Positions 9,515 to 18,854 of a DNA stretch of 43,932 nt are shown piece after piece. The position numbers were made by a program, and so were the translations under genes. Source of the DNA: Ministeria vibrans ATCC 50519 (Eukaryota > Protista > Filasterea); contig CALSCP010002225.1 in NCBI GenBank assembly GCA_943704425.1, forward strand, positions 1-43,932, written 5' to 3'. The notes beneath the pieces were generated by a model that was not told where the DNA came from, ran no database searches, and worked only from the letters and a program-made list of their open reading frames with translations. Numbering within the stretch: the first letter of the stretch is position 1; each line of letters starts with the position of its first letter.

Positions 9515-12500
9515 ATGGCTGATCCATTCAGCTTTGCTCGAAGCAGCGCGCAGCACCAGTCCGTCTATCGCGGCACCAAAGACTCCGTGGCGGCAAGTTC
9601 GGCCGGTGACTTTGATCATGGAGTACGCAGCACCCACGCCACGCCTCGCTGCCACTCTCATCTCACCCTGTGCGTTGTTGCTTTGTGTTTTGCCTTCCGC
9701 AGCCCGAAATGTCGGAAAGCATCCGGACGCGGAGGGACCGCATCTTTACTGACACCATCTCCTGCCCCGTCAAATTCGCAAAACAAACGGGTATGGGCTC
9801 GCCACATTGCCTCATTCGCTGCGGCACACTCACCCATTCCATGTATTGTGTCACTCAGCCAAGAAACGCGACGATCGCTGGGCCGTCGTCTGTGAGGATT
9901 TCCGTATCCGCATTTTCGTATGACTCGTTTTTTTTTCTTTTTTTTTTGCCTAACTTTAACTTTGATGACCGCTTCGTTTGCCCTTGTTTGTGCGTGTAGG
10001 CCAGCAAGAAGGACGCTCCACGAAAGCCCCTGCACCGCTTCCACGCATCCGACTTTTACATTCGCGAGTAGGAGAGGAGAGAGAGAGAGAGAGAGGAGAG
10101 ACTCTCGGGACCTAAAGAGGGTGTTTTGTTGCAGTCCCGTTTCGCGCGAGATTTGTCTCTTTGACCTGGTCCAGAGCAAGATTTACATCATGCAGCTTGA
10201 AGCGATTGCCTTTAATGACTTTTGCATTGCGCTGAGGCGTTGTCGGTAACGTAGAGCGAGAGAAGCAAAGGCATTGCAACATGGATTGTATTCATACTAC
10301 TATCATGATTGTGCGTTGTAGCGAGAACGGATCGATTCCACAGGCGCACTCTCTATGCGACGAGCGCGTGCACAAGGTGGGCTGGGTCTACTTGTGTGCC
10401 GGCAAAGGGTTTGATCCAGCCTACGTCTTTGTCATGGTCGTCAACATGCACTTGATCATGTGCCAATCGTCAGTGGTAAGACAAATGTTTTTGCAATCAC
10501 CCCTTCTCTCTCTATTACTTTTTGTTTCTCCCTCAACCCTCCTTACTCTGTTGCTTTGTTTCTCCCTCACCCCTCCGCCCTCTATTTACCTTTTGTTTCC
10601 CTCACCCCTCCTATCTTTCTCGCTCGATTTTGCGGCACAGTTTGACGCAAACCAGACGGCGTGGCGTGCACTGATGATCGCTGAGTGTGGCTTTGAGCAG
10701 ACCAACACGGGATTTATCATCTGCGATCGTGACTCCGTCTACACCTTTATCTGCTCCGATTCGGAGATCCCCGAGTGGCGCGAGGCCCTCTTTGAGTCGA
10801 TCCGCCTCAGTGCCGCTCGTGTCATCTCTACGTGGGGCTCATGGAACAACGAAAAGGCCTACCTCTCGCTCAACATCAGCGATGGCATTTCCATCCGTCA
10901 AAACCGAATTGATGTAAATCCTATTCATTGCATGTACACAACCGTATAGATATCTTCTCTGTTGCGTTTGTAGGGCACTGAAGTGTGGCACCACGACTTT
11001 TTGACACTTCCACCGGCGGAAACGATGCGATTGACAGCCCTGCAGATTGAAAAAGTCGAAGCGGGCGGCGCAAGCAAACGCCCCATCATCTACTACATCA
11101 TCAAGGTGGGTACCACCAGCACCCGTGTCTCCCGCTTGTTCATCACTCCTTCTCTCGCTCCCTTATTCTCTTCTTTTCCTCCTATGTTCTGTGTATCTGC
11201 CCTACGTCACCGATTGTTTTCGCTGCCATCTCTCCTCACACTCTTACGCATACATGCAGATTACCATGCTTAATTATGCAAAGCTGTTGTGGGACCATGC
11301 CGTACAGCTGCTGCGCTCGCTCAAGGACGAGCCGTGGTTCCTGGCCAACCCGGAAGAGCGCGACATTAATCAACAGCTGAGCCGCTCGGACCGCAACTTT
11401 GTCGTCGCGTGGAAGGACGCCGTGCCCCTCGATTTCTGGCTGGCCTTTCGCACGCAGTCGGGCGCTGTTGACTACACTCACATTCAGAATACGTGGGACT
11501 TTTGCTACATGGACGGTCGTGAGTACCTCAGCATTGTCGATTTGGTACGATCCTGTTTATCGTCTGAACTTGCACACTCGTCGTACTTAACACAAAAAAT
11601 TCGCATAATTATAGGTGGATGAGCACAGCGTGATCCCCATTGAAAAGTACCGCGAATGCCTGCGGTGCCCTCGGCCCTCGGCGACATCTATGGCACGCAA
11701 CCAACAGGATCTGTCCGACACACAGCGCAAGATCCGCGCAGGCACATATGGCTATGCGGGCGCACTTTTGTCGACATCCGGCAAGCGCGACTACAATGAG
11801 ATGGGCGAGCTCAGGGTGCCACGCATGCCCCCTCCACCCTCCAGTGTGTACGTATATATATGTGTGTGTGTGTGTGAGTATATATATAATTATATATATA
11901 TATTGTGTGTGTGGGTGTCTTTGTGGTGTGTGTATCTGTGCCAGAGGCAGTGTGGTGGTCCTTACGGTGGTTTGTATTCATTCTCGTCCTTTAGTGCGTC
12001 GAGTGAGACCGCAAAGTCTTTGCCCGACCCTGTGGCCTTGTCACGCGCCCTTGCCAATGCCATGGTCACCAACAACGACTACGGCAATCTCCCCGATAAC
12101 GACGACGACGACGGTATTGTCGAGATGCGCAGTCGTGAGCGACTGCGCGTTGCCGCCGCCCGTGAGGTATGAAATCCCCTCGCCCGTTTCCCAAACAACC
12201 ACTAATCTCCCTCCCAATAACCCAGTCTGGGGCGATTGACCGCACGAGTATGGCGCCGGGCAAATTCTTGTTGCGCTCTGGTGACTTTCTCGAGGGAGGA
12301 AGCGTGGAGCTTAGCGAGGACTATCTGGAGTTTGACGAAGGTGGCGTGACCACCAACTACGACAACCAGCCCGAGACAAGCAACTACAGCAACAATGCCG
12401 CCGGCGGATTCCGCCACGACTACGGCAACATGGGTCCGTCCGACGACGACTACCTGGAGATGGACGTGGGCGGCGCCGAGTCGCAGTCGCTTAAGGCCAT

Positions 12501-13462
12501 GCCTTTGGGCTTGCCCCCGCAGCCCGGGAGCCACACGATGCAGCGGCAGCAAGAGTCAGGCATTTATGCAGCACCGTCTGCGATGGCGCCCGAAAACGAC
12601 GACGAGGACATGAATGTTGCGACGGGGATCATCGCGGGCGCACCCGCCTACCTCTTTTTGCAGTACCAGCAGCGTCAGCGCAGCGAACAGCGCGGCCTCT
12701 ACAGCACTATGCACTACCGCGAGCGACAGGAACGCTCTAAAATCTACGCGGCTGCCAATGTGTATGCGGCGACCGCGGCGGCTGGGGGCGGTGTGCGCGG
12801 GTCGTCCGCACTGGATCTGCTGCGGACGTCGGCTCAGGCAACGTCCGAGGGCAAGGTGCGCGACGCCGATATGCAGGCGGTGTACGACCTGCTCGCGTCG
12901 ATGGACACGACGCTGCGCGACTCAGAGAATCGCGACTACGACCCACTGCCGCTCAGTCGCGAGTCGGCCGTGAATGATCCCGACTACGACCCCATCGCAT
13001 CGTCTGCACGGTCGTCGCGCGTCGGCGGCGAGGGAGCCGACGGCGCCAGCGTCATTTACCAGGCGCGCTCGTCGGCCACGTACGACGACACCGAAGACGT
13101 GCCTTCCATCTATGGCGAGCTCAACTACGAGCCGTACGAGTCATCCATCTATGACGCACCCGGCCAGGTTGCCGCCGATCCCATTCCCGTCGACGATGCT
13201 CATTACGGAGGTACATTATTATATTATAATAATTATTATTTTATTGCGTGCTGGAGGAGAAAGCGATAGAGATATTATATTGACCCTTTTCCATTGTGTA
13301 GTTCCCGCGTACGAACGGTACAAACTACAAAGCAGCGACGACAAGTTTTCGACGTACCGCAGTCTCAAGCGACCCGCTCCCAAGGCCAAGGATGCCGGAT
13401 CGATTCGCGACTTCTTCTCTGCGCGCGTGTCGGGCTCGCTCGAGATGGGTGGAAGTTCGTAG
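9515..13462 (+). CDS. Multi-exon signalling adaptor: PH-like domain(s), SH2-like domain and Tyr-motif-rich disordered tail
   Basis: PH C-terminal pattern GFIICDRDSVYTFICSDSEIPEWREAL; SH2-like EPWF...NFVVAW...FWLAF...YLSIVDLV; about 20 acidic-context Tyr motifs. Internal exon boundaries are approximate. Confidence 0.65.
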
Positions 13463-13614
13463 AAGAGGAGGGTGAAAAAAAAAAAAAAGTAATCGTGTGC
13501 GAGTGACTGTGGTAAACGTGTGTGGCTCGAGAGTAGAATGAAAGCTAAGAAAGAAAGAAACAAAAAAAGGTGTTTGTTGCATTATATTGAATCTGTGATG
13601 TTGCACACAATCGC

Positions 13615-13672
13615 ATCAGACGATGAGGGTTCTTTCGCAGAGACGAAAAGACTTTCCCGCAAACGTCGTCAC
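13615..13672 (-). promoter_or_regulatory. SECIS element (type II, GUGA variant) in the 3' UTR of the YHS gene
   Basis: Transcript strand reads G-UGAC-GACGUUUGCGGG-AAAG-UCUUUUCG-UCUCUG-CGAAAGA-A-CCCUCAUCGUC-UGAU: UGAN/NGAN quartet, 12-nt helix II arm, unpaired AAA and an apical mini-stem. Confidence 0.8.
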
Positions 13673-13808
13673 AAAAAAGAAGAAAGTGGGGAAGAAAGTG
13701 TGAAACGGAGAGTCATAATAATAATAATTTATAGTTTTTGTGTCGTGGTTTGTGTTGTTGACTTTTGTTGTCGCGCATGTTGCAAAACGTGATAAACAGA
13801 CGGATTGT

Positions 13809-14489
13809 TTAGACGTTGATGTCCACTGGGCCCACTGTTGCGTTCGCCGAGCCGTACCACGCCGTCCAGTTGTCGTTAGCAACAGTGATGTAGTGTGACT
13901 CGCGTTCCTTCCACATTGCCTAATGAATGATTGGTTGTGAGCGATGATTAATTGTAAGTGTGTGAGTTCATGTTGAGGGGGTGATTTCAATTTTCTCGTT
14001 CTCTCTTGTGAGTCTTGCTGTAACATACTGCAATCTTTTCGTCGTAGTTCATGTAGAGTGTTCCATTCACAAGCGCTGTACATACGCAGTCAGTTGAAGA
14101 AGAAAAAAAGAACAATCATAAGCAGTCAGTTGAAAGGTCAACACAAACAAACACAGTATCGTACTCCACGCCTTATGCACTGGCTCCAGGCCGCCCTCGA
14201 CGGCGACCGCCCAAGATCAGTATCCACCGTACTTGGGGACAAAGGCAAGGGGGGCAGCAGCAAACTGGTCTCGGTTGGCGGCGGAGGCAAAGTGATAGTG
14301 CATCTGGCGCCATGTCGCGTTGAACGCAGACACGCCCAGCACAGCCGCATCGGCCGCCTTCAGCGAGCGGAACGCAACCACATCAACCCCGTTGAGTGCC
14401 AGTCCACCTGGCGTCTGTGGCGGCATTGGAGGGGCTGGAGGGGCCGCACACGACAGCGCAACAAGTGCCAAGACAACTCCAAGGATCAT
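13809..14489 (-). CDS. Secreted YHS-domain selenoprotein (UGA at 14217-14219 read as Sec); exons 14489-14165, 14075-14029, 13919-13809
   Basis: Signal peptide, then ALNGVDVVAF, YHFASAANRDQFAAAP, PKYGGY*SWAV, AW|TLVNGTLYMNY and WKERESHYITVANDNW. Family similarity continues in frame after the TGA, and a SECIS-like hairpin lies downstream. Confidence 0.85.
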
Positions 14490-14627
14490 AAAATAAATAA
14501 AATATAATAATTGATATTATTTTGATTGAATGAATAATTGAATAGTGAATGACGAATGTTGAAACGTGAAAAATTATTGTACAATATGTACGAAATCTGT
14601 ACACAACAAAATTAACACGAAAAATTA

Positions 14628-16168
14628 TCAGTGTCTCTTCTCTGCGACTTCTCCTTGTAGCGCCTCTTCGTGAAAGAGCGAGTGTGCCTCAGCACAAAAG
14701 AGAGGCAGTCTTTCGTGACACACTGGACACTCAAAGACGTCCGTGCCTTCTACATCGTCTTCTTCTTCCTCCTCCCCTCTTTCGTCTTCCTCTGATCCCT
14801 CGTCATAGCTTTCACCTTGGTCTTCACCGTCAAAAGACTCCGTCTTCTTTGTCGTGGCAAAAAACGCAGTGATGTCACTGCGTGTGCTCATCACTTGGTC
14901 AAAATTGCAGACGGCCACATTCAAAAGAGTAATGTGAAAGGGCTCGCGCACAATCAGCTGTCGCAAGAGACGCACCGACATGGAGTAGAGCAGCGCCGCA
15001 CCAGTCTCGCCTCCGGTAACGACTGTGCGCGGGAGAGGGCTCGACTTAGAGGTGCGTCGCGAGTGGTAGTGGGCCGTTGAGCCCTTGGCAACGTGCTCGA
15101 GGGGACGCGCGTGGCGCAGCGACAAGCGGAGGGTGCGCGGAATACGCTCACGATGACGATGGTACTCGACACTAATGCGTTGCCACAGGTGCTGTGTGAG
15201 CTGGGCCAATCGCGCCTCTGCGTTTTTGTAATTGAAGCACTGTCGAAAGCTATCCTCCACCGAGAGCTGCTTTGGCGGCGCTGCGGGCGTCACTTCTTCT
15301 GTGTCCACGCCACGTGCAAGCTCAAACAACCGATCGCCCACCACCACACCAAACTTTTCAACAAGACACGCACGCGACAGTGACAAGAGTTCTTCACGCG
15401 TTTCCACTTGCAATTCGTCACGTAATCGACGCGCCGTTGAATGCCCCACTCCAATAATGTCACGAGCACGGAGGTCAGCAAGAACCAATTCGGTCGCGGA
15501 CGGCACCACCGCCGTCTGGTCATTGGGTTTGTGGCGACCACTCACGAGTTTGGCCATGAGTTTGTTCCAAGCGACACCGCCACACGTTTGCATGCCCGTG
15601 CGCTCCTCAATTTCCTCTCGAATCTCCTTTGCCAGCTGCGCACCCACCCGCAGTCTATCCACACAATCGCACGACGGTCCAATTGTACACGCACTACGGG
15701 CGCTGCCCACAACGTGCGCCTGCCATTCGAGTGGAGACGAAGAAGCTGCAGTCAGCCTTTGACGCACTAAATCACTCACGTCGAGAAAGAACTCCTCGAG
15801 ACCCAGACGCTCAACGCGAGAGGCCCATCGACTGACAATTTCAAAGATAGCTTCGCTTGCAGCACGGTAGGGCGTGAGGTCCTCGCCGCAGATGAGACGA
15901 AGGTGCGGACAGATCTTCAGTGCCTCCGCTACTTTGGTCATTTTTCGCACGCCCAGATCGCGAGCGACGTAGTTCGACGTGACCAGTAAGTACTTTTGAT
16001 ACACTCCAAACGGTACGGTACGTAGTGAGTCGTCGGCAACCATGTGGACCTGTGTAGAAGACACATTATGATCGGGTGTTTGTTTTTGTTTGTTTGTTGT
16101 GTGTTCGCTACTTGCGCGTAGAAGCAATTCACGTCGATATGGATGATCACACGTGTATGATCATCCAT
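14628..16168 (-). CDS. POLI: Y-family DNA polymerase iota; intron 16050-16111
   Basis: IIHIDVNCFYAQV, QKYLLVTSNYVAR, GEDLTPYR, VERLGLEE and NKLMAKLVSGRHKPNDQT; C-terminal CPVC...H...H finger. Confidence 0.88.
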
Positions 16169-16447
16169 CCTCCAAAGAGCAACAAAGAAGAAATATGATC
16201 ATTCATTCATATTTCATGAGATCAAACGTCAAACGACTGGGTCTCTTTTTTCACTTGACTTGATATCCTTTGCCTTGAGTGCCTCGTCGTTGACAAGCGG
16301 CTGCGACATTTGTGCGGTAGTTTTTTCTTTTCACACTTTATTGTTTTTTTTCTTTCTTTTTTGTATCATTACTGTTTATGTGTGTCATTGTGAACATTAT
16401 GTGAGACAAACTGAAAATGAAAGTTACGATGCGAATGACTTTTATTC

Positions 16448-18562
16448 TCACCAGTCGGTCGGATGAAAGTGTTTCAAGAAAAGGCCGTACGCATAAACAT
16501 GGTCACGCTCACCCACAAACACCGGGTCAAGCACACGTGCGGCGCCGTCAATGTCGTCGATGGGCGGGGTGAACTTCATCTCGGCAGCAACTTCTGTGCC
16601 ATGCTCCTGCGTGATCCAACCTGTGTCGACGCTGTTCATGAAGATCCGTTGAGATGCAAAGTCCGCAGCGCACGTGCGCGTGATCATCTAGATGCGTGTG
16701 TGTGTGTGTGTGATCAATATAAAAATTGTATGCGTTGCGTACGTTTAGAGCGGCCTTTGCCGAATTTGTGTGAACATGCGTGGAATTTTTAAAGGCCCTG
16801 TTGAACTTGCCCTCCATGGCACTAACATTGATGACATAGGCGGCGGCAGGGGGGCGGTCGGGGTGGAGCTGGTGGGCAAGGAGCGGCTGTAGCTGCTGAG
16901 TGAGGTAGAGGGGTGCCATGTAGTTGACCATGGTGACCTCAGCAATCTCACCCAGCTCGACATCCTTGAGACGCAGATCCCAGGTGGTGCGTGGACGCAG
17001 GTCAAGCTGCTGGCCGTCAATGTCAACGTGGTGCGCCGGGAAGTGCGCCGGATCGACGTTGAAGTCGTCTTTAATGACGGGTACTTGGGTGAGAATGGTG
17101 CTCGGGGGCAGGGGCTGCTGTTGCTGCGACTGGGCTATTTGTTGCGTCGCGTGCGTGGTTGCCTGTGCGACAGCGGTGGCGGCGGTGCGTGCGGCATCCT
17201 GGGGCAGGGAAACAACGCCTGGGAGGAAGGCGAGAGAAGGAAAGGCGTCGTTGGAAGGAAGGGTGGCGGCAAAGCCAGCGTCGACGGGAAGCGCGTGGAC
17301 AACGTTAGCGACGCCGGGTGGAAGGGGTGTTGCCTCACCGCGCAAAAGATGCTCGTAAAAGAGGGGGGGGCGGTGGAGGGTCTGTGCTGCATTGTGGATG
17401 AGAATGTCAAGACGTTTGAACTGGCTTGCAACGTTGGTCGCCAGTGAGTGGACCATGGCCAACGAGCGAAAGTCCACGCCAATGACATGTAATCGGTCGC
17501 TAAATGACGCAAAGTCACTCTCTTCGGCATAGCGGCGGGCTGCATCATTGGGAAAGCGGGTGGTCACCAATACTATAGAAAAAAAAATGACATGGGTTAG
17601 AGGACAATGTTCGTATTTACCTAATAATAAAAATACTGTGTGTGCGCTTATTTTCGTACCGGTGGCTCCTTCGCGCAGAAGCTTGAGCGCCGTCTGAAAG
17701 CCAATTTTGACGCGGGCACCGGTGACGAGAGCAACCTTGCCTGGCATGGGGGTCGTCTGGTTGCGCTTTTCGAAGTTGAGCTTGGAACAGGCGGGACACA
17801 GTTGGAAGTAGAAGGCGTCGATTAGAGTAAACATGGCGTTGCATGCGTAGCATTTTTGTTCAAGATGGTAGTGACTCTCCTTTGTGGTGGTCGGGTCGTG
17901 GTTGGCGGCAGACGAGGACGCGCTGCTGCCTGGTGCGTCGTCGCTCGCTGAGACACACAAGGGCGCCTGAACGATGATGGGTGGTCTCAGTGCTGGCTGT
18001 AGTACAGGTGGGGGAGGTGGTGGTGCTGTTGTGGTTGTGGTCGTGGTGGCGGTGGTCAAAGTGGTGGATGGCTTGGTCTTTTCGGCCGTCATGGATGACT
18101 GGGTGGCCACATCGGCGAGCTCGTCATGGTCGTCGTCAGTGGCCATCAGGACACCAAATTGACGCTTCCTGTACATGGCACGGCGTCTCATGTTAATGCC
18201 CGTCTCCTTCTTGGTTTGCTCATCGCGACGCATCTTTTCGGTGCGCATCGCTTTGCGCTGTGCCTTCTTGTCGCCCTTGTCGAGGCGCAGGAAGCGAAAG
18301 GCGGCTGCGCGTAGGCGCTTAACACGAGCACTGTCATTGAACATCGCCTGGGCACACTGGTCGGCGTCCTCGGCCAGCGATTCCAGCACGCGAATGGCAG
18401 CTTCGACCTAACGACGAGAGGATTGCACAGGGGACTTGAGAGGTCAGACGCATTTCATCATCGACTGAGCGCTTACCGTTGCATCGCCATCGACAGCGGG
18501 CTCTGGGCTGCCTCCTGGTGTGGCCTCTATAGACTCCTGCTGTGACGGCTGTTCCGAGCTAT

Positions 18563-18619
<57 letters not shown>

Positions 18620-18703
18620 TGTGAGAGGAAGAGAGAGAGACTGTGTGTGTGTCTATTACATGTCAAAATTTGAATCCGTCGGCGAATCGCTGGGAGACGC
18701 CAT
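16448..18703 (-). CDS. SDR-family oxidoreductase with an N-terminal Zn-ribbon, multi-exon
   Basis: CYAC...QLCPAC, ALVTGARVKIG, LDILIHNAAQT, INVSAMEG, HVHTNSAKAALN, VDTGWIT and PPIDDIDGAARVLDP. Confidence 0.85.
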
Positions 18704-18854
18704 CGTGTGATGGTGAAGGTGGGTAAGGCCTAGGGCGCGAGGGAGATGAGTGTTGTACTAGGGGTCAGTTGGAATCGAGATTAGGCAATTTGAAGTGAAT
18801 GATAATAATTAGTTTCTGATTTTTGTTGATCATTCATTTTCTTTCTGTCTTCTG

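Noticed and set aside
14217-14219. YHS gene as a nonsense pseudogene or a 90-aa protein
   Set aside because: The stop is TGA exactly at the conserved Cys, the downstream exons and splice sites are intact, and a SECIS-like hairpin follows.
14217-14219. Genome-wide UGA reassignment
   Set aside because: TGA serves as the normal terminator in several neighbouring genes (for example AKAP10-like, POLI and LRRC51).
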